Both the position numbers and the translations under genes were made by a program. Under the pieces are notes generated by a model that worked only from the letters and a program-made list of their open reading frames with translations, ran no database searches and was not told the origin of the DNA. A DNA stretch of 63,496 nucleotides, the filler included, from Hyphochytrium catenoides (lineage: Eukaryota; Protista; Hyphochytriomycota): the NCBI GenBank assembly GCA_900088475.1. It is 6 parts of 6 records of this genome, joined end to end, with 100 filler letters (N's around TTAATTAATTAA, not from the genome) between each part and the next. Parts side by side here need not be neighbours in the genome. Positions count along the whole stretch, not along the records: positions 1 to 28,178 come from FLMG01001443.1; 5 more parts are not named here. One strand, written 5' to 3'. Shown here piece by piece: positions 1-12,669 of the stretch. The first letter of the stretch is position 1; each line of letters begins with the position of its first letter.

Positions 1-59
1 AACGAATGACTACTTGTGATCAAAGAGAGAAAGGAAGAAAAAGAAGAAGAAAGTGAAGA

Positions 60-330
60 AGAAGATTAAATTCAAAAAAGGAGAAGAAGGAGAAAGGAGA
101 AAAGAAAGGAGAAGATGAAGAAGAAGGAGAAGAGGAAAAAGAAAGAAGAAGGAGAAATGAAGAAGAGACAAGAGTCGCAAAGTCTTGGGTCTATCTCCTC
201 CTCAACTCGCTCCTCCTCCTCCACCATCATTATCGGAGAAGGGAGAAGTATCATCTTGAACTCCTCATCAGCGATAACAACAGGAGAAGGAGGAGGGGGA
301 GAAGAGGATGGCGTAGCGCCCGGGGCCGAG
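60..330 (+). repeat. Dispersed degenerate repeat, inverted homolog at ~34420-34740
   Basis: Collinear blocks after a GAA-rich tract: aagagac..cttg(g)gtct, ctcaactcgctcc/ctcagcccgctcc, accatca, ttgaactcctc/ttgatctcctc, ggagaaggaggagg. Confidence 0.6.
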
Positions 331-3300
331 ACCATCACCACACTCACTCTCAAGCGGCTTACTTTTATATTATTGTGCTTGCTATCATGCAACAATGCTT
401 TTCTATGTGTGTTTGACACAACGGCCCTGAAGTTGCTCTTATGGACCAGTATAGAGCACCACCAAAGAGACGCGTCAAGAGAGAAAAAAGGAAACGCCGC
501 GGCTATGGAAAGTGTAAACAGGAGTAGAAGAGGAAATGCTGTTGCCGTAATAATAATGAAAGCGGAAGAGCAAGAGGAGAAGAAAGAAGAAGAGCGGACG
601 ACGGAATGACTAGTAGAGCTCATGAAGGGTAGACGGCATGAAGATGACGAAAGAGAAAGAAGGGAGAAACAGCATCTTCAAGGAATCGTCAAAATAGGCA
701 AGAAAAGTCTTTCCTCTCGTCTACTTCTATGGCCACACCAGCAAAATGCGGTAAAGAGTATCAACAACAAAATAGAGTAAGAAGAAGTAGTCGTACTGAT
801 GCTCAGCTATAACTTTCTTTGCTTTGTTGACTAGGGACGCCATGTGAAGGCATACATGTTTTATTAAGTAGTAGGGCTTCATAGATTTATCATCCAGCTG
901 TAGCTTTGTCGTAGTCGTGAGCTTGTGTTTTGGTTCACTGTTTGCCTTCTTCCGGCTCTTCTCAAGCACCTCTCCCTCAGTCATTATGTCATTATGGACG
1001 TCGCCGACCCCATAGTTATATACCAGCCACCATAGCAAGCTGAAGGGTCAACATCATCTTCTGATGATCCATCCCTGATTCTACATTTAATCATGTCATT
1101 TCTGTCCTTTCTGAGAGAGAAATCCAGTAAGGCCTTAATCCAATATTTCTAGTAGGAAATAACAGAACAGTTGGAAGAAGCACAAGAGAGGACTGGGGGA
1201 AATTGTATATAGAATATAGCTCTTGCCTAAAGGCGCTACTAAAAGCAGCAAGAGCAGCGACATCCAGTGACCAACAAGGAGAGGAGCTTCAAGTCGCCGG
1301 TTCCCTTCTCATGGTCTCGTCTCTACTTCTTGTCGGTCTGTCTCTTCTTTCTCTTGTTAGCTGTCTCGCACAAGCTAATCTATCGGCTCCTGCTGGAAAC
1401 GAGGGAAGGAACAGCCCTATTTCTCATGTCTCAAACAAACCACCAGAATACGAGTCTTCGGTCGGTTATAGAACTAATGAGAACCTTTTCTGCACCTTCG
1501 GTAAGAGAGAGAAGATACCAGCAAAAGACTTCCTCCTCTATAACGAAGGGGGTAGCAGCTCACCAAAGCTGCAGAGTACAGAGCATGGATGATAAGAGAC
1601 AACATAAAGCTAGTCCCTCCCGTTTCATTAACATTCTAAATACGCCTTTCTTTCTTCTCTTCCTTACTCTGTTGCCGCTAAGGTTTAATTCTATAGAGAC
1701 GGAGAGACCGCAAATTCTCTGATCATACGAAAAAATTTTAAAGAAGGCATCACGCCTTAGAATAGAACAATAGCAGTTTTCTGAGTACTTGCTCTCCTAA
1801 GAAACCGTACATGAGAGCCCTCACCTCAAGACGACGACGATGCAGTTCGATACCTGGACCTCTCTGTCCCTCAAGTCAAGTCCTGATCACAAACGTGCGT
1901 AGAAAGAAGTTGATGACGGCCCTTGATGGAATAATAGAGTGCTGGTGACATCCGACTACTTCTTTCCCATCACTTTCCACTAGAGATGCAGCCTGCTGCC
2001 GACACAAAGAGAATGGCCTCCATCATTTATATTGTTATCACATTATAAAACTGACCAGTTCATTAGGGTCAGTCTTCTTCCTCCTCCTCTAGGTAGATCG
2101 ACTCATGCACTAACCATCAATCCTCTAGCCCACCGCAAGCCTAAGCTCCGTGCACTAGAAATCAACCTGCATCGGCCTCCTACTAGGCAACCTCCTGGTA
2201 CGACATATTATAAGAAAGACCCTAGGACAAGAAGACGTATTGTTATCAACAAACCTCTAGCAATCTGTCGGCCCTTGTTTCCCGTAGTCCCATACAAAAT
2301 GGGTCCAAAGCTTTTAGTTCGTTAGACCAACCAAAGTCTCTAGGTGTTCTTAGAAAGTACTGTGATAAGATAAATAAGGATAAAAAAGCATAAATCTGAA
2401 AGGAAGATAACTTACCTTGTCTATTTCTTATAAAAACAAAGGTCTGTTCTTAGTACTTTTGAATGTAAAAATGCATTTTTATAATAATAGAATGATACAG
2501 GGGGACCTTACCCTAAGCTTTATAAAAATACAATAAAAGGATTCCAGTTCTGTTTTACCGGAACACAACCGTTTTATATTTCTAAAGTCACCTAATTTCT
2601 AAAGTCACCTGGCTGGTCGACAACTATTCTCTCCAAAAAACATCAATTTTAGAAATAAAGGGCTTAAAAAACATGTTTAATAATTTACTACTAGTTCCCC
2701 CGGCACAATGCATTGTTTGGGGGACGATAGCATAAAATTTTAACATACTTTGCATTAAAAGTAAGTGTCTAATAAGCGCCGAACGAGTCGGACCACCGAG
2801 CTTGCTTCTTGCTCCGCACCAAAGGTCTCGGCCTGAAGAGAGACCGCAGACCTAGAAAGGCCATACAATTTACATTGGTTGATTCGGTGGTCAGAGAAAC
2901 AGAGTCTGATGTGTCCTTTCTCATCCTCTCTTATCTCCTTTTACGGCTTCTTCTTCCTCCTCCTCGTGCGGTCATTCGATCTTCTATTCTCTCTCTTTTT
3001 ACTCTCTCTCTCTCTTTCTCTCTTCTCTCTCTCTCTCTCTTTCTTGGTCTCTCCAGTTCTTTCTTCTCCGACTCTTGCTCGTCAGATCTAAGACATCATC
3101 GTGGCCAAGGACAACAGAGATGCTGATAGGATGAGGAGAGAGACGGAGAGGAAGTGAAGAAGGAGAAGGTCCGGCTTTTGCTTCTGAGCTCTTCGCTCAC
3201 TCTTCTTCAGTTCCTAAATCAAGTGTGGAAGCAACCTTCCGGAAAGAGGAAGGGGCTCTAATCTTCGAGTTAGAGGTTCTGCCAGAAGAGACACCTCTGC

Positions 3301-3702
3301 CTTTCTTTCTAGGACTGGAGCTTGAAAGAAAGGACAGACCTAGAAAAAAAGGGCAGATGCGAAGCAACGAAGTTCGCACGAGCAAGAAAAACAAAACCAC
3401 TGTGTCCCTCGTGCTTTACTGTCGCTCCTTTGGCCTGGACCCTTCTCCTTCTCCTCTCTGACTTTATATGTGTATTACCTTTTCCTCTCTATTATCCGAC
3501 TCTCGCACTCTCTTGAGCGCTTCTTGCTTCCACCACCTTCATTCATCAACCTGCCTTGTCAGCAGCAAGAGGACGGACCAGTCTGGAGAGAGAGCCCGCG
3601 AAAAAGCTACATCGCTTCGCTTCTCTTCGATCTTTTGTCTGTCTTGCCGCTCGTTACTCCTGTTGACCTAACTACTTAGAAACCTATAACTTTAGCACTA
3701 CG

Positions 3703-5722
3703 ATGGTCTCAGTCAGATCTCTCACTCTCTTGGCGCTGGTCGCCACCTCTTCAAGCTTAGCTCTTGGGCAGACCAATTTGCGAGGAGGAGAGGACCACCT
3801 TGGGTCCCTCTCTCTGCAAGCACCTGCGGCTGGGAGGCGCCTACAAGGCCTCGGCATTGTAGCTGACGCGCTTACTTGGCACCAATTGGCGCGAGGTGTC
3901 GTCCAGCCTTCCACCTCCGGATCCAGGGGAAACTCCCAAGGGACCAACACCGGCGGGGCAGGTGTAAACGCTGCAGGACCACTCGGTACCGAGGCTGGAA
4001 ATGCTAATTCCAGATCGACGGGAGGTTCCAGTGCTCAAACTAATTCTCAGAGTGGCGTCTTTGGAGCTCCAGCTCCGCCTTCTTCGGCTCACACCGGACA
4101 GAGAGGGCAGACTGAAAACTCCGTTGTTCCGGTCCAACCTCCTCCCGTACCAGTCCCAGTAACTCCAGCTCCCGCAACAGGAGGACAGCCGGCTCCTGCA
4201 CCAGCAGGTGACGCAGCTCCTACCCCAGCTCCTGCACCAGCGGCACAACCAACTCCTGCTCCTGCACCAGCAGGAGACGCAGCTCCTNNNNNNNNNNNNN
4301 NNNNNNNNNNNNNNNNNNNNNNNNNNNNNNNNNNNNNNNNNNNNNNNNNNNNNNNNNNNNNNNNNNNNNNNNNNNNNNNNNNACGCAACTCCTACCCCAG
4401 CCCCTGCACCAGCAGGAGACGCAGCTCCTACCCCAGCTCCCGCGCCAGCAGGAGACGCAGCTCCTACCCCAGCTCCTGCCCCAGCAGGTGACGCAGCTCC
4501 TACCCCAGCTCCCGCACCAGCAGGAGACGCAGCTCCTACCCCAGCTCCTGCTCCAGCGGCACAACCAACTCCTGCTCCAGCACCAGCCGAAATTCTTCCT
4601 CCTCCCGCGCCAGTTACCGCTCCTGCCGCTGCTCCTGCTGCCGCACCTGTCCCCACACCTACCACCTCTTCTCGCCCTGTAGTCTACAAGAGAATTGGCT
4701 GGCTAGAGTACGTATACTATCCTGGTTCTGCTGAGACTTCCACCCGCCAGTCCTCTCAAGCTGCCACTGACAACGCACCGAACGCCGCACCTGATGCTAA
4801 TGCCATCGGTAAACAGAATGCAAACGCCAATGTTACTCCTGATGGCTGTGTAGAGACGGACGCAGAGACCGCGGCAGGAGCAGGTGCATCGTCTACTGGC
4901 GGTAATGCAGCAGGTGCTGCTGGTTCTGGTGGTCGTGCTAAAGCTTGCGTCCCTCATGGCTCTATCGCCCTCAAGACCCCAGGTGGCTGGGGTTTGAAGA
5001 TCTCTGCGGAGCCTGACAGAGCAGTAACGGATGTGAGAGGCTCCCAGCAGGTCAACGCACAGACCAATCAGCAGGGTCAGGGCAGTCTATTCAACCTTCC
5101 AGGCAGTCAGTCAAGAAACGGCGCCACTGCTGTGACAGACACCCAGGCAGACGCTAAATACGACCTTGAATGTGCTACGGCTCTCACCAACTCCCGATCC
5201 CAAGCCGCTGCCCAGTCCGTAGACCAGAAGTACCTGCAGAGCAATGGCGGCGCCGCTAACGCAGACGTGGCCGCGCGTGGCGCTGGTGGTGTCTGCAACA
5301 CGATCTACCTCACGATGATGACGCCTCTAGGCGACATTAAGGTCAAGCAAGACGATCTTGTCACTTTGGTCAGAGGCTTTAGAACCGGAAGGAACGTTGA
5401 GGTCATTGGTGCCCACGATCCAGTTACCCAGCGTCTGCAGGACGTCAAATTCCGCGTGTCCGACATCCCAAGAAGCTCGCCGTTTATCGTTGGGGACATC
5501 AACAGGGCGGCCAATGACTATCTTGCTCCTATTCCAGCGTTCGCTAACACGGCCTATCCAAACCCAGCTTCTCCAGTCTGGAATCTGATCGGTGGTGGCG
5601 GCTCCGTGAGAATGGCTCTAGCCAGGGAGCAGTTAGCTGGAGAGATGCAGAGATATTTCCTCAACAGAAGGTCCTTTGCGGGGAATACTGCTGCAGGTCT
5701 CCCTGGGCTAGGCGCTTTCTGA
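3703..5722 (+). CDS. Secreted Pro/Ala-rich repeat protein (cell-surface/wall type); one gene interrupted by assembly gap 4288-4382
   Basis: N-terminal signal-peptide-like MVSVRSLTLLALVATSSSLALG, then NLRG and RRLQ. The same PAPAPAGDAAPT repeat lies on both sides of the N gap, so ORFs 3703..4491 and 4208..5722 join. The C-terminal half is non-repetitive with four Cys and ends at TGA 5720-5722. Confidence 0.85.
4186..4590 (+). repeat. Coding minisatellite, ~36-bp unit (PAPAPAGDAAPT), copy number unresolved
   Basis: Repeated ccagctcctgcaccagcaggagacgcagctcctacc with synonymous variants; the N gap lies inside the array. Confidence 0.95.
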
Positions 5723-7786
5723 AGACGCTGATGATGAGCTAGGCGTGCCGTCTTACTTCGGTCATTGTCTCTTCTCCTGCTGACATTATTCACTTCTTCC
5801 CTTGTATGGCATCTTCCTTCTAAACTCCTCATTGTAACTCTCTGCCGTCCACAGCATGTCCACACTAAAATGACACTGCATACATAGTAGTAAAAGTTCT
5901 CTTCCCAAGAAAAAGAGGAACAGTTGTACATCGTAAGGATGACGTCTATAACGCTAGAGAGAGAGAGGGGCAAGGAACAGAGAGGAGCTATATGTCCAGC
6001 AGTGCATGGAACGGGAGAGGCAAACAGGGGAAAGAGGCCCAGCGAACCCTGGATAGCTGTCTATCTTCTTTGTTATTTCAGTTTAACTTGAGACTTCTGA
6101 ACCTGTGCTCTAGGTGATTGGCATAGTGCCTCTGCGCTCTATAAACGAGCAATCCAGCTCTCAGACTCATCCAACGAAGCTTGAGAAAGGAAGTAGAATC
6201 ACTAGAAGGCGGCCTGCGCTTCTCTCTCTCTATCAAACATTCCACTGTGCCTCCTCATGACAGAATGTGAGTGCAGGGAAGGACCAGCTGCGGGAAACAA
6301 GCTGCAATAGTACAGTTGTAGAGAGAGACGACAGCCAAGCAACAGAGCGTGGGAAACGAAAAGAGAGAGAGAGAGAGAGAAACAGAGAGAGAGACGAGTG
6401 TGTGAGAGAGAGAGAACAAACAAGAAACAGAGAGAGAGAGAGAAATAGAGAGAGAAACAGAGAGAGAAGCAGAGAGAGAAACAGAGAGAGGAAGGAAAAG
6501 ATTCCTCATCAGTCATGAGTTTTTGAATTATGATATCAAGAAGGATTCTTGGCGCTGATTGGTTAAACTACAGCAGCAGTCAACGCGGTAGCCAATGACA
6601 GGGCCAGATGGAGTACTAGACCGTCTCTGATTGGATGAAATCTGATGATGCTTCTGGAAGCAGTTCACTGAGGAGAAAGCAGGTGGAGAGGAAGAATAGC
6701 TTTGCGACGGGTTTGACAGGGTTGGGAAAGGGAGATCAACAGATCAAGAGCACCCGCTCATTACTTCATGAAAAACCCTTCATTATTTTTGTAATTTTTT
6801 CAGGCTTTATTGGTGTCTTTGCCGTCCTTTGTACAAAAACTTTCGTAACATTTCTATACGAAGTAAAAATAAAAATAAGGATTCTTTTGATACTACTACT
6901 AATAAAATTACAGACACTTTTCAAGTACCGCATAATTTAATTAGCCTTTCTTACGAACTTCACTCCACTGTCACTGGCCTATGCATGAGAGGTGCTCATT
7001 CATCACAACACTGCCATCGTGACCTGGACAGGTCGGAAACCTCAAAAAGGGGCTGATTTGGGATGATAAGCACAAAACAAGCTTTCGACCTGGAATGAGA
7101 TCAGGTGCTATTTAGAACCAAGGCACTAGCCATCTGGATAATGAAGAAGGGATCCTACGGAACCTTTAGTTCTATCTGTACGTCAATCACCAATCATTAT
7201 TGCGTAGGAACTATAGACATTAGAACTGAGATGAGTATGTGGAGTGAATTCTACGGTTAGCAAGCGGGCGAAGGTTGAGCACATAGAGAAGGAATCAGCC
7301 TTGTTGATTACAAGTACTTTACTTTACGGGAAGAGGGATTTCCCGTCATAACATTAGCACTCGCCATTCTGTTCTCATGGTGTTACTACGGCCAACCCGT
7401 CGTGAAGCTTGCGGATTTGGAACCTTTCATATCACGTGAAAGATACAGATAGCCCTGCCTGTTTACTAATCAACACGACCTTGAAAGCTTCCTTTGAATC
7501 TTTCGTCGAGAGGTTGTCACAACCACTTTCTCACGAATTGGAGGAAGGATACTTCTTTTTATTCGTAATATAGTAGACGTAGCCATACAGGATACTGATA
7601 TACACTTATGTCATTCCGAATACTAATCGCCGGTATTGAGGGTTGAGCAAAAATGCGTTGAGCAAGGGTTGTGATGACAAGAGAGAAGGCTGTGATTATA
7701 CAACAGAGATAGATAGAGAAAGAGTGTGGAGAGAGGAAGCTCTTCTAGGGCCAAAGAGGTAGTTGAGACCAAGACAGATTATGCGG

Positions 7787-8003
7787 GAGAGAGAGAGAGA
7801 GAGAGAGAGAGGAAGAGACAGAGAGAGGAAGAGAGAGAGAAAGAGGGCGAGAGAGAGGGGGAGAGGGGAGAGAATGTAAAAGCGCGAGGAGAGAGAGCGC
7901 TGATGATCCAGGTAAGGAAGGGGTAGGAGCGAGGAAGTGAAGCTACGCAGAGAGAGTGATGGATGATGCTTCTTTCTCTCTTCAGAGGGAAGTGGAGGTG
8001 AGC

Positions 8004-8056
<53 letters not shown>

Positions 8057-8097
8057 AGAGAGAGAGAGGTAGGGTGTGTGTGATAGAGAGAGAGAGG
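7787..8097. repeat. Representative (GA)n microsatellite cluster; (GA)n/(CT)n tracts pervade the whole window
   Basis: Perfect and imperfect GA runs here and in most introns, UTRs and gap flanks. Confidence 0.97.
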
Positions 8098-8199
8098 AAG
8101 ACACCATCATGACAATCGTTCAAGACTGTCAAAGGTCAGAGGTCAAGTTCCAGGATCAGTTTGTCATTTCATCCCTTGCGATCACCCAGCTCAAGCCCT

Positions 8200-8222
8200 A
8201 GGATTGGCGCCATTGTATAAAG
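8200..8222 (+). promoter_or_regulatory. Candidate CCAAT (ATTGG) and TATA elements upstream of ATP-citrate lyase
   Basis: ggattggcgccattgtataaa ~150-170 nt before the ATG, followed by a CT-rich leader. Confidence 0.35.
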
Positions 8223-8371
8223 TGAAAGACGGAAGAGAGGCCTTCCTATTGCCTCCTTTCTCTCTCTCTCCTGACGGACTCTCTTTCATTCTTTTCCAAT
8301 CTCTGTCTCTCTCCTCCACCGCAGTCCATCATTCTCTGACTTGCCAATCACTTGGAAGGTAGTTAGGCAAC

Positions 8372-11300
8372 ATGTCAGCCAAGCCTATCCGCGAGTATGA
8401 CGGGAAGAGGATCATCTCCAGGTGGATCACCCAGTATTCCCAGGGCAAGCACGCGTATGAAGATAGAGTTCTAGAGGTGAGCTTCAACTTTCTTCCTCGC
8501 CATTGAACGCCGCGCTCTCGTCTTCTCTTCGACGAAAGAGAAGACAGATTTCTCTACTCAGAGGCAGATTATGTTGGTCTTATCTCTTCTCCATTTGCCA
8601 CGCTGCTCTGCTTCCCTAGGGTCGTCCTTGCTTCTTTTTCTTCCTCTCTCGCGTTTTCTCTCCGTCACTGTTTCTCTCCGCCCTCTTCCAGTCTCAGCCT
8701 TATCTTGGCCATGAAATCATTGACTGTTTTTAACTATAGATTACCCCCGAGACCGACTGGGCTGAGGTCGCCCGCGTTCACCCTTGGGTTCTCTCGACCA
8801 AGCTCGTTTGCAAGCCTGACCAGCTGATCAAAAGGCGCGGTAAAGCTGGACTTTTGAAGCTCAATGCTAGCTGGGAGGAGGTGCAACAATGGATTGGAGA
8901 GAGAATGGGCAAGGAAATAAAGGTGGAATGCGTCTCCGGCATCCTAGACCACTTCATCGTGGAGCCTTTCGTTCCTCACGCACAGAGTGATGAGTACTAT
9001 ATGTGCATCCAGTCGAAGAGAGAAGGAGAGGAGATTCTCTTCTACCATGAGGGAGGCGTAGATGTTGGCAACGTTGATGCCAAGGCTGTGAGGCTGCTGG
9101 TAGGAGTGGGAGAAGAAGTGACGGCTGTCTCTCTTCAGGAGAAGCTTCTCAGGCAGGTTCCCACTGCCAGACAGCCTGCTCTGGCCTCTTTCATCGCCTC
9201 TCTCTTCTCTCTCTACAGAGATCTCCACTTTACTTATATGGAGATCAACCCGCTGGTAGTGACAGGAGAGAACCGCATCACGCCTCTTGACTTAGCAGCA
9301 AAGATTGACGAGACTGCCGCCTTTCTCGTGGGAGATAAGTGGGGAGACTTAGAGTTCCCTGCGCCGTTTGGCCGCCCAGAGTTCCCGGAGGAGAGAAGGA
9401 TCAGAGATCTAGACTCTCGCACTGGTGCTTCTCTCAAGCTTACGATTCTGAACCACAAGGGGAGAGTTTGGACGATGGTAGCTGGTGGAGGCGCCTCTGT
9501 TGTCTATGCAGACACGATCTCTGACCTTGGCTTCTCTTCTGAGCTGGCGAACTATGGCGAGTACTCCGGAGCTCCAGATGAGGAAATAACCTATGAGTAT
9601 GCCCGCACTATCCTGGATCTTATGACGAGGAATGTGGATCCAAGAGGGAAGGTGCTGATCATCGGCGGCGGTATCGCGAACTTTACCGACGTTGCACAGA
9701 CCTTCAAGGGCATTATCCGTGGGCTGAGAGAGTATCAACACAAGCTTCGGGAGCATAAGGTCACGGTGTGGGTCAGAAGAGCAGGGCCCAACTATCAGGA
9801 AGGACTCAGGCTTATGAGAGACCTAGGGGAGCAGATCTCGGTCCCTATCCATGTGTTTGGGCCTGAGACACACATGACAGCTGTGGTCCCTATGGCGCTT
9901 GGCCTGACCAAGGTCCCTGCAGCCCCACAGAAGGGAAAGATTGACTCAGAAGAGAACACTCCTCGCTCATCTATGGATGGTTCTTCCACTCCCGCCGTAG
10001 CTGAGAAGAATACGGAGATCAATGGGAAGAAGCAGCAGGAGACTCCGGTAGAAGAAGAAGCACCCACCGCTTCAGCAGAAGAGAAAGCTGTGATTCAGGA
10101 TGGATCCATCGTCCGTATGACCAGACATACGCGGGCTATTATCTATGGCATGCAGCCCCGGGCGGTGCAAGGCATGCTGGACTTCGACTATCTCTGCAAG
10201 AGAGAGAAGCCCTCTGTCGCAGCTCTCGTCTTCCCGTTCGCAGGCAATCACTATATGAAGTTCTACTGGGGAGCCAACGAAGTCCTTCTTCCCGTCTTCC
10301 AGAGCTTCTCAGAGGCAATAGCTAAGAACTCTGACGTCTCAGTTGTTGTCAACTTCGCCTCTTTCCGCTCTGTCGCTGAAAGCACATCAGAGATTCTCAA
10401 GTACAACGAGAAGGTGAAGACCATTGCGATCATTGCAGAGGGCGTGCCAGAAGCTCAGACCCGCGCTCTGATCAAGGAAGCAGAGCACAGAGGCGTGGGG
10501 ATCATTGGGCCAGCCACTGTGGGCGGCATCAAGCCAGGATGCTTCCGCATTGGAAACACCGGCGGTATGCTGGACAACATCCTCGACTCGAAGCTCTATC
10601 GCCCAGGATCCATTGCCTACGTTTCCAAGTCAGGCGGGATGTCTAACGAGCTCAACAACATCATCTGCAGGAACTCTGACGGTGTCTACGAAGGCGTGGC
10701 TATCGGTGGAGACAGATACCCCGGGTCCCGCTTTATTGATCATTTATTGCGCTATGAGGCCAATCCAGAGATCAAGATGATGGTTCTTTTGGGAGAAGTG
10801 GGAGGAACGGACGAGTTCGAGGTGGTCCGCGCTATCAAGGAGAAGAAGCTCACAAAACCTCTTATTGCCTGGTGCATTGGCACCTGTGCCAAGCTCTTTC
10901 CCTTTGAAGTGCAGTTCGGTCACGCTGGCAGTATGGCACAGGGAGAGAGTGAGACCGCAAGCGCAAAGAACGCGGCACTAGCGGCCGCAGGAGCACATGT
11001 CCCACGCTCTTTCGATGAGTTTGGCAGCAAAATCAAGGAAGTCTATGAGTCTCTCGTGTCCTCTGGGACGCTAGTTCCTCGCCCAGAACCCGCAGTCCCT
11101 TCCGTTCCCATGGATTATACGTGGGCCAAGTCTCTTGGTCTCGTTCGGAAGCCTGCGTCATTCATCTCCTCTATCTGCGATGACAGAGGGGAGGAGCTTC
11201 TGTACGCTGGAATGCCTATCTCTAAGGTCTTTGAAGAAGAGGTTGGCGTTGGAGGCGTCCTCTCTCTTCTCTGGTTCCGCCGCCGTCTTCCTATCTACGC

Positions 11301-11943
11301 CACAAAGTTCATAGAGATGGTTCTGATGGTCACTGCAGACCACGGACCGGCTGTCTCCGGCGCTCATAACACCATCGTCACAGCCAGAGCAGGAAAGGAT
11401 CTTATCTCTTCTCTCACTTCTGGTCTTCTGACCATTGGCCCAAGGTTTGGAGGTGCGCTTGATGGCGCCGCAACGATGTTCTCTTCTGCTCTGGATGCGG
11501 GTCTGACTCCTGAGCAATTCGTCAAGAAAATGAGGGCAGAGAACAAGCTCATCATGGGCATCGGCCATCGCATTAAGAGCTTGAGCAACCCAGATATGCG
11601 CGTGACAATCATCAAAGAGTACGCCAAACTTCACTTCCCTGGCACGCAAGTCCTGGACTTTGCGCTAGCCGTGGAACAGATCACCACGAAGAAGAAGGCC
11701 AACCTCATCCTTAACGTCGACGGTTGCATCGCTTGCTGCTTCGTGGATCTGCTGCGCACTTGTGGATCCTTTAGCCGCGATGAGGCTGGAGAGCTCATAG
11801 AGAATGGCTGTTTGAATGGCCTGTTTGTCCTTGGCCGGAGTATCGGATTCATTGGGCACTATCTGGACCAGAAGAGGCTCAAGCAGGGACTGTACCGCCA
11901 TCCTTGGGATGATATCTCTTATCTGACAGACTCACAGATCTGA
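8372..11943 (+). CDS. ACLY: ATP-citrate lyase, single-chain fused type; join(8372..8476,8740..11943), ~1102 aa
   Basis: Exon 1 [17 protein letters not shown] at 8477, AG at 8738-8739, in frame with the long ORF. Motifs: [45 protein letters not shown] (phospho-His), [32 protein letters not shown]. Confidence 0.97.
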
Positions 11944-12669
11944 GCAGGAAACATGAGGGATGAGAGAGACAGACACCGAGAGACACAGAGAGAGAGAGCA
12001 CAAAGGGAGGAGATAGAGGCCTTTTAGCGTTAAGATGCAGAAAGAGAGAGAGAGACAGAGAGAGAGGGAGAGGAGAGAAATAAATGGAGAGAGTTTGTCC
12101 CTAAAAGACTCTGGAGAGAGTCTATCTTTTTATCAATACAGAGTGCTCTTAGCACTAGAAAACATCTCCTTTCTATCTGAGGAAAGTAAAACCTGTTGTC
12201 TATAGAGACGACAGCCAAACAGCGCGGCAAGCAAGGCGCAAACAGTTCCCTGCTTCCATTCATGTTGGCTTTACGCGCAAGGAGGGAAAGAGAGAGTCTC
12301 AAGAGAAAGGGAAAGATTAATGCATGGAAAGGAGGAGAGAGAGCAAGCGCTATCAGATCTCTCTTACGCTGGAGCAGGTAGGAAGAGGTGCCAGGGGAAA
12401 GGAGAGAGAGCTAGTATTAGCTATTATGTGAGCTCTCCCAGAAACATCTTCTACCTTCGTACGCTAAGAGCATTGGCAAGAGGTTAGAGGAAACGGAGAG
12501 AACCCACAGAGACAGCCAACATGAGAGCGCATGGCAAGGATGGAAAGGAAAAGGGCATCGGTCAGAGATTGAGGTTCTGAAGGCAATGAAAGAGTAGGCC
12601 AAATGGGAGGGAGAGGCAAAAATATTGAAAGAGAGAGGTTGGCTGAGCTGCCTCTTCCCAATTTCTTCG

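Noticed and set aside
727-1722. Short ORFs as transposase, Fanzor or viral genes
   Set aside because: No RuvC, DDE, RT or capsid motifs recognisable by eye.
1722-2325. Stop-codon reassignment or readthrough in the frame leading to ORF 2032..2325
   Set aside because: Five mixed TAG/TAA/TGA stops and no recognisable protein; real genes here terminate with TAG, TGA and TAA normally.
4288-4382. Programmed frameshift in the secreted protein
   Set aside because: The frame change coincides with an N gap of estimated length.
4186-4590. 36-bp repeats as a CRISPR array
   Set aside because: Head-to-tail with no spacers, in frame, with synonymous variation.
3841-4665. Antisense Gly/Ala silk-like ORF
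   Set aside because: Mirror of the sense Pro/Ala repeat; no independent evidence.
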